Shown in pieces: positions 26,470-36,440 of a stretch of DNA of 64,000 nt (position 1 is the first letter of the stretch; every line of letters starts with the position of its first letter). This DNA is from an uncultured virus (IMG/VR IMGVR_UViG_3300008108_004630) (lineage: Duplodnaviria; Heunggongvirae; Uroviricota; Caudoviricetes). Position numbers and translations under genes: made by a program. The stretch lies in the IMG/VR virus record IMGVR_UViG_3300008108_004630; one strand, given 5' to 3'. A model generated the notes under the pieces. That model saw only the letters and a program-made list of their open reading frames with translations. It made no database searches and was not told where the DNA came from.

Positions 26470-29413
26470 ATCTTACTATATTATAAACGGTAGATATGTG
26501 CCCTTTATCTCTGGAGGTAAAGGAGGATGCTTCGCGGCAGGAACCCTTATAGATATTCCTGGCGGTAATAAACCTATTGAAGAAATACGAGTAGATGATA
26601 TAGTAATTAGCTTTGATCATTATGGTAAACTATCAAAGAATAAAGTCATTCAAGTATTCGAGCACGACGAAGATGAGCTAGTAGATATTTCTTTTTGGAA
26701 TGGTAGTTTTAAAATAACACCTAATCACTGGGTTTTAAATGAGAATATGGCTTTTACAGCTATAGGTAATTTACAAATAGATGATGTCTTAGTTGATAGA
26801 TTAGGATATTATAGACCTATCTTAGAAATTAAAAATATAGGTAAAAGTAAAGTATATAATTTTACTGTAGAAAATGATCATACCTATATAGCCAACGGCA
26901 TTCGCGTGCATAATAAGGGTGGAGGAAAGGGAGCTTCTCCAGCTCCTGCTGTGGAGGCGCCTAATTCTCTATTTTCTACTGATATTTTCTTTGGCACTTT
27001 AGCTTTAGGAGAGGGACCAGTATATCGTATTAATCCTAATGGACCTCAAGATATAGAATTTAACGAATCTACTATAGACGACTTAATAAAAATAGATGGT
27101 GATGGAACTGTAAATACTGAACTATTCTATACGGCACAGTCAACAGGGACAGTTACAGGTAAAGGATTGCCAGCTAGTTTAGGTAGATTTGCTGGTAAAA
27201 CTGTAACGCCTCAAGGACTAAACTCTCCAGTAAGTCTTAAAAAGGGTAATTTAGAGAGTATACCTAAAGTAGTTGTTACACAAAACACGAGTCAAAGCGC
27301 CTGGGATAGCTTAGAATTTAATTTCTTAATCTCTGGGCTACAAAGTATGGATAACAACGGTAATGTCAGTGGTTACTCTGTAGGTGTTAAAATAACTATT
27401 TATGACTATACAGGAGCTAATATACTTAAAGACGAAAACGGGGATGATTTAATAATAGAAAAAACTATATCAGGAAAAACTAATACTAATTTTAAATTTC
27501 AAATCTCAGCTATTATACCTGATAATGTTAAGAGTGGAAATGGATATCAGTTTAAAATTGAAAAAATTACTGATGATTCAGATAGCTCTAAAATACAAGA
27601 TACTATACAGTTTGTTGGATGGGATGAAATAAAAAACTCTAAACAAGTCTATCCTAGAACAGCACTGCTAGGATTTGCTTTAAAATCTACCGCTGAATAT
27701 TCAGGCTCTATTCCTACTGTTACTTCGCTTGTAAAAGGCCTTATAATAAAGGTTCCTAGTAATTATAATCAACCTGTATTAGCTACAGGAGAAATTGATT
27801 GGAGAGAGTTAGAAACTCCTACTTCTGGCGCTCTTTCTTACACTACTTGTGGATATAGCTTAGAAAATCCAGGATCTTCTACTCAGCTTACAGAAGCTAA
27901 TCCCATAATTTATAAAGGATCCTGGGATGGTACTTTCGTCTATAAATGGACTCAGAATCCTATATGGGTTCTATATGATTTATTAACTAACCAGTCTTAC
28001 GGATTAGGAATACCAGAAGGTAACATAGATAAGTTTAAATTCTACAAGATAGCTCAATATTGTGATGCAGTTGACCCTAAGACAGGTAGATTTACAGGAG
28101 TCACTGGATATGCAGACAGCACCTTTAGAAGTAAACCTAGAGGTAAATTTACCACAGTAAGAGAAAATCAAATTGGAGTTAGTTTAGGAACTCAGATCAT
28201 AGAGCGCAGATTTACTTGTAATATATCTCTTAACAGCCAAAAACAAGTTATGGATATTATTAATCAGATTACTGCTATATTTAGAGGTATCTTGTTCTAC
28301 TCTGGCGGAAAGATCTCATTAAATGTAGATCTTCCTGATGAAATACCCGTAGCTGTATATAATGAGACAAATATCTTAAAAAACTCTTTACTAATTAGTG
28401 GTATCAGAGAGTCAGAAATTTTAACAGGCGTAGAGGTATCTTATCTTGAGCCTAGAAACCATTCTCGTAGAGAGTTAGTAAGAATAGACGACCCTACCGC
28501 TATATCTGAGCTTAATTCTATAGAAAATGTAAAATCTATAGATTTACCTGGTTGTGATAGACGAAGTCAGGCAATGAGGTTTGGGCAGTATTTATTAGCA
28601 TCTAGCAAATATGTCAGAAGAAAGGCTACTTTTAAAACGCCTGCTGAAGGTATGACCTCTACCATTGGAGATGTTATAGCAGTATCTCAAAGAATAGGAG
28701 GTATAGCTTGGGGTTACGGAGGAAGAGTATTTGCTAACGCTACTACAGCTACTGGAAATGTAATACTAGAACACTTTACTAGTCCCGCTATTACAGGTTC
28801 TGTCATAACTGGGAACACTAAACCCATAGCTTTGAGAGTAATTAATAGAGAGACAGAGAGAGTAGAGTTGTATATATGTAATAATACTTATAGTTCTGTA
28901 TCTAGTTCTAATGTTAATGCAGGCATAGACATTATTGAACTTACAGTTCAAAAAGTATACAAACCACAAACTAGAACATTTGCTTCTTTTAGTAATTTTA
29001 CTTCTAATAATGTTCCCGTAAAAGGTGATATATGGTCTTTAGGAGAGGTAGATCCTTCTAATTACTATACCAACACTAATGATAAACTATTTAAGATAGT
29101 AAACGTAGAAAGAGATACTGATGAGTTAGTTACTATAACTGCTACAGAATATGTATCTAACGTATATACAGATTCTGATAGCATTATTAGTTACGTTCCT
29201 GTTAAATATACCGATACAGCTAATCCTCTAATACCACCTCCTGCACCTATATTAAAAGTAATACCTAGACCTATAAAGAATTTAGATGGCTCAGTACAGT
29301 ATGACTTAGAGATTTATGCATCTACTGATACTACCGGATACCCAATTTCTATTGCTACAGAAATGGAATTAGCTAAACCCTCTGAAATAGTGCTGGCACA
29401 AGGCATATCGTAA
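26450..29413 (+). CDS. Central tail fibre / tip attachment protein J-like, N-terminal part, containing a Hint domain (true start may be 26462)
   Basis: gpJ motifs LGEGPV, YPRTAL, WDGTF..KWTQNP.W..YD, YCD, RFTCN, GCDRRSQAMR. Confidence 0.9.
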   Translation: MYQAMYKSYYIINGRYVPFISGGKGGCFAAGTLIDIPGGNKPIEEIRVDDIVISFDHYGKLSKNKVIQVFEHDEDELVDISFWNGSFKITPNHWVLNENMAFTAIGNLQIDDVLVDRLGYYRPILEIKNIGKSKVYNFTVENDHTYIANGIRVHNKGGGKGASPAPAVEAPNSLFSTDIFFGTLALGEGPVYRINPNGPQDIEFNESTIDDLIKIDGDGTVNTELFYTAQSTGTVTGKGLPASLGRFAGKTVTPQGLNSPVSLKKGNLESIPKVVVTQNTSQSAWDSLEFNFLISGLQSMDNNGNVSGYSVGVKITIYDYTGANILKDENGDDLIIEKTISGKTNTNFKFQISAIIPDNVKSGNGYQFKIEKITDDSDSSKIQDTIQFVGWDEIKNSKQVYPRTALLGFALKSTAEYSGSIPTVTSLVKGLIIKVPSNYNQPVLATGEIDWRELETPTSGALSYTTCGYSLENPGSSTQLTEANPIIYKGSWDGTFVYKWTQNPIWVLYDLLTNQSYGLGIPEGNIDKFKFYKIAQYCDAVDPKTGRFTGVTGYADSTFRSKPRGKFTTVRENQIGVSLGTQIIERRFTCNISLNSQKQVMDIINQITAIFRGILFYSGGKISLNVDLPDEIPVAVYNETNILKNSLLISGIRESEILTGVEVSYLEPRNHSRRELVRIDDPTAISELNSIENVKSIDLPGCDRRSQAMRFGQYLLASSKYVRRKATFKTPAEGMTSTIGDVIAVSQRIGGIAWGYGGRVFANATTATGNVILEHFTSPAITGSVITGNTKPIALRVINRETERVELYICNNTYSSVSSSNVNAGIDIIELTVQKVYKPQTRTFASFSNFTSNNVPVKGDIWSLGEVDPSNYYTNTNDKLFKIVNVERDTDELVTITATEYVSNVYTDSDSIISYVPVKYTDTANPLIPPPAPILKVIPRPIKNLDGSVQYDLEIYASTDTTGYPISIATEMELAKPSEIVLAQGIS
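26528..26914 (+). other. Hint (intein-like/BIL-type) autoprocessing domain, 129 aa
   Basis: Block A CFAAGT, block B TPNH, block F VYNFTV, block G VHN. The +1 residue is Lys. No endonuclease domain. Confidence 0.9.
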
Positions 29414-32400
29414 TGGCATATAAAACAATAACCGTAGAAAATACTTCTAATATATCTAATGGTATCGGAGTAGCTCTGGTAGGCAAAAATGGGTTTAATA
29501 CCCTTTTAGGATCTATACCTTTGTTATGCACATCAGTAAATAGAGTAGATGTTACTGGAGATAAAACTATAAAAAATGGTAACTTAGAATTTACTGTTAC
29601 TGGATTAGCTAGTGCAATAGACTTAAACTTTAATAAAAATGTATTATTAGTTAATGATGACCCGGCTGTTTTTGGTAACCTAAAGGGTATTGATTATGTA
29701 GGAATACCTATTAATGAGAAAACAGATACAGGTGCAGATATAGGGCATGTAGGATATAATCCTATAGTAACTCAGATTAGTATGCCTATAGAGAGTTTTA
29801 ACTTAAGTAATAATACTTTAAAGGTTAATAATAGTGTAAGCGCTAACCACCCAGAGACTTTCTTATTAGATAGTTTACCTGAGCCTCCTTTCTACCTAAA
29901 AATAAGTCAACTTTTAGATCAGACTAAATTTAATAATAATAGCGTGTATCTAGAAGGATATTCACATATATTTACAAAGACTTTTAATATTGAGGCTATA
30001 GCTGTTGCAGGATCTTCTACTGTTGATATAAACATAGTACCAAGATATAAGACTGCAATTTCAGTATATATTGATAATCAAGAACAAGCTCAGGGTGTTT
30101 TTACGTGGGATAGTAAATCTAATATTACTGTCCAGACTGGAACTGGAAAAGTTCTTACCGTAAGAACAAACCACTATACTGTCCCTATCATAGAACCAGG
30201 AGATAATATTTCTTTATTTTCTGGTAATATCTATGCTGTTTCTGAGACTAGTTACAATCCTTCAAGCCCTAGTTATAACTCCTATTTAACTACTAATTGT
30301 ATTTACAGAGTTAAATTTGCTACATCGCTTACTGCTAATATATCTGGAGTTACGGGCGTAAATATATCTAATGATATTCAAGGCACTGTAGGAAATTTAA
30401 ATGCTACAGCTAATACATTCACTTTGGACTATGACAACACAATATATCCAGGAGTTTACGAATTAGGATCTTATAAAGTATATAACGTAAGTTTAAGTAA
30501 AACTTTTGAATCCTTAGACATAAGTAAAGAAGGAAAGATAAAAAATATAGCCCCAGGAAGTTATGTTGTAAGAGCTAGAAACAAGAATAGTTTTAATAGA
30601 AAAAGCGCATATTCTACTAAACAGGTAAATATTGATACTTTACCGATAGGAAAAGTAACAGATTTACAAATATCTGAATCTCTTTACAGAGATAAACAAG
30701 TTGGTATTGCTGTTAGAGCTACTATAAGTTTTACTCCTATAGTTAATCAATCTGTTACAGACTATGAAATATCTTATAAAATAGCAGATAATAGTTCTGG
30801 AGCTGATCTGCTTACTTATACTACTGTAAAAGTGTCTGCTAGCGGTATAGCAGAAGACGGAAAATTATATTTTAAGATTGATAATATAGAAAGAGGTGCC
30901 TCTGCTGGTGCTTATCGTTTTTATGCTAGAGTTACACCTCTTAATAATGATATCAGAGGTATTACTACAGAAACCTCAGCAGATATAGTGGGTAAAACTG
31001 CTAAACCAGACGGAGTAACCCGGTTTTCAGCCAGTCAACTTGGAGATCAAATTTTATTCTCTTGGACAGTTCCTAGAGATCAAAACGGTGATCCTCTAGA
31101 AATAGACTTATATCAATTTGAGATAAAACAATTAACAGGAACTTATAGTTCTGTCACAGAATCTAACTGGGAATCCTCAACAAGTATAGGATCTGCTTTT
31201 GCTAACGTAAGTTTCTTAAATGCGCCTGTTAGAGAGTATGGTACTTTTACTTACTTATTAAGAACTAGAGATACAACAGGTAATCAGTGTGAAGCATCTG
31301 ATATAGCTGTATACACTATAACTACTATACGACCAGCTAGCCTATTTACTTTTAGAGCGTTCAGCGAAGATAATCCAGGTGCAAATGACTATATATCTGG
31401 ATCTACTAATAATAATTATTTTGAATATTATTATCCAAGTTTTGCTAATTCTGTTTATGGAGGAATAGCAGGAGCAGGTAGAAGTATAGTTGATAACTCT
31501 AACGGTACTTCTATCGGATTTACGGTTGCTGCAGGCGTTACAGATCTTAATGCGTCTGCTAATGCGGTATATTATACTCAAATAAGAGATTTAGGACAAC
31601 TTATTACTGGCAGGTTAGTATCTAGTGTAAACGTTATTCAAAGTGTTACTTCAACATACAATGATTTTAAAGAAAATGTTCTCGTTGGGGTATCTGACGC
31701 CTTACAAAGTCCTGGATTTTTTCAAGATAGCGCTCTTACAACGTTTTTAGATATAGCAACGTATGATACAGATAATAAAACATTGACAAGCGGAGGTCCT
31801 AGTGGTAATGTTTATGCTATATGGAACTATGGACAGTTTGTTGATGATGTATCAAACGCTAATAGTTATGCCCTTATACTTAGTGTGACAAATTCTTCTT
31901 TAGGCATAATTCAATTTAGTAATACTTATTTTGCAAATGGAGTGTCTACAGGTAGCAATATATTAGCTAATTTAAGTGGAAGTGCTACTTCTTATGCATT
32001 AGTTAATTTAACACAGTATAATGACAGATTAACATCTACTTTTGAGGGGCCAAGTAATTCTATATCTTACAACGTAGACTTAAGATATTCAACTGCTAGT
32101 AATGTTTATTACTCTGGTAATAATCAAGTTAATACTAATGCTTTCGTAGGATTTGCAACCAACGATGGTTGGGCTCCTTTAACTGAATCTGATATTACTT
32201 TTAGACATTTCCAACTTAGAGTTTCTATAGTAAATTCCAAACCCGGACAAGTGTCTACTATATTGGATAAGCTTAGATATGCAGTTAACTTAACTAGAAA
32301 AGTATTTTCTACTAGTAATACGATAAATTCTAGTAATACTACTATAGATTACGGTGCCTCTGGATTTACTGTAGTCCCTACTATAACAGTTAGTCAAACA

Positions 32401-32532
32401 TCTGGCACAGACCCAGTAGTGCCAATTATTACAGGTAAAACTAATAATCAATGCGGCATATCTCTATATTATTCTAGCAATGGAGTATCTGTTACAGGTA
32501 TTACCGTAGATATCAAAGCAGATGGAGCATAA
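29413..32532 (+). CDS. Central tail fibre, C-terminal part (fibronectin III-like domains)
   Basis: YVVRARNKN, YEISYK, YLLRTRDTTGN. Coupled to the J-like gene by TAATG. Confidence 0.7.
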   Translation: MAYKTITVENTSNISNGIGVALVGKNGFNTLLGSIPLLCTSVNRVDVTGDKTIKNGNLEFTVTGLASAIDLNFNKNVLLVNDDPAVFGNLKGIDYVGIPINEKTDTGADIGHVGYNPIVTQISMPIESFNLSNNTLKVNNSVSANHPETFLLDSLPEPPFYLKISQLLDQTKFNNNSVYLEGYSHIFTKTFNIEAIAVAGSSTVDINIVPRYKTAISVYIDNQEQAQGVFTWDSKSNITVQTGTGKVLTVRTNHYTVPIIEPGDNISLFSGNIYAVSETSYNPSSPSYNSYLTTNCIYRVKFATSLTANISGVTGVNISNDIQGTVGNLNATANTFTLDYDNTIYPGVYELGSYKVYNVSLSKTFESLDISKEGKIKNIAPGSYVVRARNKNSFNRKSAYSTKQVNIDTLPIGKVTDLQISESLYRDKQVGIAVRATISFTPIVNQSVTDYEISYKIADNSSGADLLTYTTVKVSASGIAEDGKLYFKIDNIERGASAGAYRFYARVTPLNNDIRGITTETSADIVGKTAKPDGVTRFSASQLGDQILFSWTVPRDQNGDPLEIDLYQFEIKQLTGTYSSVTESNWESSTSIGSAFANVSFLNAPVREYGTFTYLLRTRDTTGNQCEASDIAVYTITTIRPASLFTFRAFSEDNPGANDYISGSTNNNYFEYYYPSFANSVYGGIAGAGRSIVDNSNGTSIGFTVAAGVTDLNASANAVYYTQIRDLGQLITGRLVSSVNVIQSVTSTYNDFKENVLVGVSDALQSPGFFQDSALTTFLDIATYDTDNKTLTSGGPSGNVYAIWNYGQFVDDVSNANSYALILSVTNSSLGIIQFSNTYFANGVSTGSNILANLSGSATSYALVNLTQYNDRLTSTFEGPSNSISYNVDLRYSTASNVYYSGNNQVNTNAFVGFATNDGWAPLTESDITFRHFQLRVSIVNSKPGQVSTILDKLRYAVNLTRKVFSTSNTINSSNTTIDYGASGFTVVPTITVSQTSGTDPVVPIITGKTNNQCGISLYYSSNGVSVTGITVDIKADGA

Positions 32533-32535
32533 GTA

Positions 32536-33453
32536 ATGCCAAGTTCAAATACATTTTCAACGCCTACATCGAGCACCTCTTTAGGAACTGCTAGAATTCA
32601 AATAAATGAAACTCTGTTTGCTTTATTACAAAATTTTTATAGTTCTGGCATACCTAACTCTACAAATATAACATACGAAGGGGGAGCTACCGCTCCTCCA
32701 AATGGTATGTTGTATGTAGATGCAACAACTGGAGCCCTTTATAAGGTAGATAGTACTTTCAATAAAAATTCTGTTTTAGGACAAAATCTTTCTAGATACG
32801 GTATAGGATACCGTATAGAAAAAGATTTAGTACATGCTGTTGCTAATATAGGAACTTATGAGATAGGTGAATTCTTTAGCACTACATATACGGGCGGACC
32901 TGCTGCTAATGCTAGAATGTATATGAAATATTCTAACAGTAGCCCTTTTATAGTAGATGTAGGAGTGCCGCCGACTGGTTCTGTAACTTCTACCATCGTG
33001 GCAGACTCTGCAATAACTGATGCAAAATTAGCAACAGGCGGTAACTTAAAATTTAACACCGATGGTAAACTAACTGTAGGTAGCACTACTCTTAGCAGTA
33101 ACCATCAACTTACAGTATATGGTTCATATAATACTGCTTATGCGAACGCCTCTACACAGACTCTTACAGATGGGGCTACTATATCTTGGGATCTATTTTT
33201 AGGACAAGTAGCAACTGTAACTCTTGGAGGTAATAGGACTGTTGCGGCTCCCGGTAATATGAGAGTAGGAACTTACATACTTCATGTTATACAAGACGGA
33301 GTAGGCGGTCGCACTCTAAACTGGAATAGTGTATTTAAATGGCCGGCAGGAGTCGCTCCTACTCTTACTACTACAGCTAGTAGAAGAGATATGTTTTCAT
33401 TTGTATCTGATGGGACTAATATGTACGGAAGTATGTTGCCCGATGTTAGATAA
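32536..33453 (+). CDS. Tail fibre-associated protein
   Basis: S/T/G-rich. ADSAITDAKLA repeat. C-terminal ISWDL..GQVATVTLGGNRT...W..GVAPTLT domain. Confidence 0.6.
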   Translation: MPSSNTFSTPTSSTSLGTARIQINETLFALLQNFYSSGIPNSTNITYEGGATAPPNGMLYVDATTGALYKVDSTFNKNSVLGQNLSRYGIGYRIEKDLVHAVANIGTYEIGEFFSTTYTGGPAANARMYMKYSNSSPFIVDVGVPPTGSVTSTIVADSAITDAKLATGGNLKFNTDGKLTVGSTTLSSNHQLTVYGSYNTAYANASTQTLTDGATISWDLFLGQVATVTLGGNRTVAAPGNMRVGTYILHVIQDGVGGRTLNWNSVFKWPAGVAPTLTTTASRRDMFSFVSDGTNMYGSMLPDVR

Positions 33454-33462
33454 GGAGAATCA

Positions 33463-35273
33463 ATGGCATTAACTAAAATAACAAGTTCAGTAATTGGAAG
33501 TAATGTAATTGGTTCTTCTCAAATAGCTAATGCTGCTATTGAATCTAGACATCTAGCCGGGTCAAATATATTCTCTAATATCAGTGTTAATTCTGCTAAT
33601 GTAGGCAGTTTCTATAGTTGGTTTGACTCAAACGCTAATGCTTATGGCTATACTGCCAATAGTAAATTTTCAATTACTAATTATTTTGTAAATGATATTG
33701 TAGTAACAGTATTAGTATTGGAAGAACTACTTCTAATATATTACCCACATCTAATACTTATATATTAAACGTTAGAGGTGGTATTTTTGCAGGCGCAGAT
33801 GTTCTTTTAGCAAGTAACTTAGATATTTTGAATTTAAGTGCTTCTCCTAACGCTGTGGCTAACGTAGCAACTGCTAATAATTGGTATTTTGCTAATGATT
33901 ATAATACTTATCTACAAATTGCTGCTAATGACTATAATACTTATCTAGCTGCTCAAGCAAACGATGGAGTTACTTTAGACACAGCACGTGGTAATGATCA
34001 CTCTACTCTTCTATCCGCGCATGCTAATGACCTTGCAACGTGGAATAGTGCGCAAGGCAATGATCATTCTACTCTTTTATCCGCGCGTGCTAATGACCTT
34101 GCAACGTGGAATAGTGCGCAAGGTAACGATCATTCTACTTTATTAACTGCAAGAAGTAATGATTATAATACTTACAATGCTATTATCAATGATTCTACAG
34201 TAAAATTTACAAGTAATAAAACTTTTGCTAGAGATTTAGTAATCGAAGGTAATTTATTTATACTAGGAGATAGCGTTACTGCAAATGTATCAAATATCTC
34301 TACCGAAGATAAAACTATAATTATAAATTGGAATAGCACAGATGCATTGGCTGAAGGCTCTGGTATTCAAGTAGCAGGAACTAGTAGCGCATTATTAGCT
34401 AATTTAATTTATGCTTCTGCATCTGTCTCTAAGTTTAGAGTTGGAGTAGGTACTTTAACATCAGATGATGACATAGCTAGAACTAGAGACTATCAAGCTA
34501 ATGATTGGTCTACATATTCTACTTTAGCCGCTAATGATGGAGCTACCTTACTAACTGCGCGTAGTAATGACTGGAATACTTATTCTACATCAGCTGCAAA
34601 TGATGGAGCTACTCTACTTTCTGCTCGTCAGAATGACCACGTAACGTATTTAGCTGCCTTAGCCAATGACGGAGCCACACTCTTAACGGCTCGTCAGAAT
34701 GACCACGTAACATATTTAGCTGCCTTAGCCAATGACGGAGCCACACTCTTAACAGCTCATCAGAATGATCACGTAACATATTTAGCTGCCTTAGCCAATG
34801 ATGGAGCTACTCTACTTTCTGCTAGAGGTAATGATTATACTACATATTTAGCTGCTTTAGCTAATGATTTTAATACTTATACCAGTTTAAACGCTAATTT
34901 GAACTCCGTTCAAAGTAACGTAACCGCTAAGGTATCTAAAGCAGGAGATACTATGACGGGTGAACTAACTCTGTCTGGACCTCCTACTAGTGCTAGTAAT
35001 GCTGCTACTAAAGCCTATGTAGATGGCGCTTTGGGGTTAAATCTTCAACCTAGATATAATACTAATGTAAGCTCCGGAACTAGCAATTGCTTCTTTGTTA
35101 GAGTAAGCGCAAATAGTCCTGCTAACTTAAACTATGTATACAGCTCTCTTAACGGAATCGATCAAGTTAACGGAGTAGATTTTATCTACAACATAGCGAA
35201 CGATACAATACAGTATACTGACAGCTCAGTGCCTGCTGGACTACGAGTATTAATAAGAGCTTTCACAAATTAA
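33463..35273 (+). CDS. Long tail fibre with 11-residue coiled-coil repeats; one-base frameshift near 33700 (track ORFs 33463..33768 and 33828..35273)
   Basis: MALTKI start with AAGGAG RBS. The -1 frame is open from 33696 into the 33828 ORF. C-terminal KVSKAGDTMTG.L...AATKAYVD fibre motif. Confidence 0.75.
33892..34880 (+). repeat. Two blocks of 33/66-bp tandem coding repeats (xND-x8 hendecads)
   Basis: Examples: GNDHSTLLSAxANDLATWNSAQ x2 and NDHVTYLAALANDGATLLxAx x3, near-identical at DNA level. Confidence 0.9.
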
Positions 35274-35284
35274 TAAAATTAACT

Positions 35285-35313
35285 TTGTCAAAAAACATTC
35301 AGTTATATAGAAT
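35285..35313 (+). promoter_or_regulatory. Sigma70-type promoter for the small-protein cluster
   Basis: TTGTCA-17 nt-TAGAAT, followed by AAGGAG. Confidence 0.7.
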
Positions 35314-35326
35314 ATAAGGAGTTAAT

Positions 35327-35473
35327 ATGCCACTAAAAAAAGGTAAGTCACAAAAAACAATTTCTTCAAACATAAGTAAAATGGTAAAAGAAGGCTATCC
35401 GCAAAAACAAGCAGTAGCCATTGCTTTATCTAGTGCAGGTAAGTCTAATAAACCTAAGAAGGCTAAAAAATGA
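35327..35473 (+). CDS. Small basic protein, 48 aa (not in ORF track)
   Basis: [48 protein letters not shown]. Strong RBS. ATGA overlap with the next gene. Confidence 0.8.
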   Translation: MPLKKGKSQKTISSNISKMVKEGYPQKQAVAIALSSAGKSNKPKKAKK

Positions 35474-35778
35474 AAAATAAAGAATATGATTATGAAGGAG
35501 AAATGGCTAAAAATACACTAAGAAAACTTATTGTATTTTCTCAAGAACTTCTTCCTATGATAAAAGACGAACAACAATTACCTGCTTGGCTTCAAGATAA
35601 ATTCTCTAAGCTAGACTATTATGTCAGTGCTGTTTATAGTTATATGAAATTTTCTAATCAAGAGATGGAATTAGCTAATTCAGAAAGTGAAGAAGAGGAC
35701 TCAGAAGAGTCAGACGAAATATCAGAGCAAGAAGAAATGCAGCTTGAAATAAAGCTAGATGATATTGTAAAAAAATGA
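35470..35778 (+). CDS. Hypothetical protein with acidic C-terminus
   Basis: YEGEMAK...LPAWLQDK. Glu/Ser-rich tail. Confidence 0.7.
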   Translation: MKNKEYDYEGEMAKNTLRKLIVFSQELLPMIKDEQQLPAWLQDKFSKLDYYVSAVYSYMKFSNQEMELANSESEEEDSEESDEISEQEEMQLEIKLDDIVKK

Positions 35779-35828
35779 GTATAGCTCCTAGTTTTCTTCA
35801 AGAGAGCTCAACTATAAGGAAATCTAAA

Positions 35829-35948
35829 ATGGCAAAAGCTTCAAAAAAAGATACAATGAAAAAAGATGCGGGTCTAACCGCTAAACAAAAGAAACTTCCT
35901 CCTGCACTTCAGAAAATGATTATGAAGAAGCAGGGTGCAAAGAAATAA
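35829..35948 (+). CDS. Small basic protein, 39 aa (not in ORF track)
   Basis: MAKASKKDTMKKDAGLTAKQKKLPPALQKMIMKKQGAKK. AAGGA RBS. Confidence 0.7.
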   Translation: MAKASKKDTMKKDAGLTAKQKKLPPALQKMIMKKQGAKK

Positions 35949-35958
35949 GGAGATTAAC

Positions 35959-36243
35959 ATGGGCATGAATAACGAAACAAGCGGTAAGCCAATGCTAATG
36001 AAGCATAAACTAACCCCTGTAGGCGGTACAGATTCTAATAGCACCAAGCCAGGCAGTGGAACAGCTACTGGTACAACTAAGTATGATCTAAAGAATGCAG
36101 AAGCATATTATCGCGTATCAGGTGGCCCAACACTTGGCAATCCAATGGGCGGACCAGATAGACCAGCTTCTTCTCACTCAGGGTCACCTCTAAAGAAGAC
36201 CACCGTTCCTAATATGGCTCCAAATAATAGTGCGAGAAACTAA
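35959..36243 (+). CDS. Low-complexity small protein with YYRxSGxPTLGxPMG motif
   Basis: AAGGAG RBS before an in-frame ATG at 35959 (the track starts it at 35935). Confidence 0.7.
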   Translation: MGMNNETSGKPMLMKHKLTPVGGTDSNSTKPGSGTATGTTKYDLKNAEAYYRVSGGPTLGNPMGGPDRPASSHSGSPLKKTTVPNMAPNNSARN

Positions 36244-36244
36244 T

Positions 36245-36439
36245 ATGGCGAAACCGTTAGGGTCTGGTAGAATTATGGCTAACCGTAGCACTTACGGAAA
36301 TGTTACTGGACGCGATGTCGATGAGGTTAATGATACTCTTAAACCTACATATAACGGCATTAATGCAGGCGTAAAAACCGATAAATCTAGAAGACATTTA
36401 GACTATGGCCAAGAAAAGCCAGTAAATAGTTCTAAGTAA
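36245..36439 (+). CDS. Small hypothetical protein
   Basis: In-frame ATG immediately after the previous stop (the track starts it at 36230). Confidence 0.6.
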   Translation: MAKPLGSGRIMANRSTYGNVTGRDVDEVNDTLKPTYNGINAGVKTDKSRRHLDYGQEKPVNSSK

Positions 36440-36440
36440 A

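Noticed and set aside
26528..26914. Canonical mobile intein
   Set aside because: The +1 residue is Lys and there is no homing endonuclease. Treated as a BIL-type Hint domain instead.
29405..29420. Frameshift error splitting the J-like gene
   Set aside because: The junction is a TAATG stop/start overlap, the same coupling used at 116, 4570, 12089, 13573, 22463 and 24001, so it is likely a natural split.
33892..34880. Diversity-generating retroelement TR/VR pair
   Set aside because: The repeats are tandem and coding, differences are not confined to adenines, and no reverse transcriptase is present in the window.
10796..35273. Stop-codon reassignment explaining the split genes
   Set aside because: The breaks are frame changes, not in-frame stops, and long genes are intact under the standard code.
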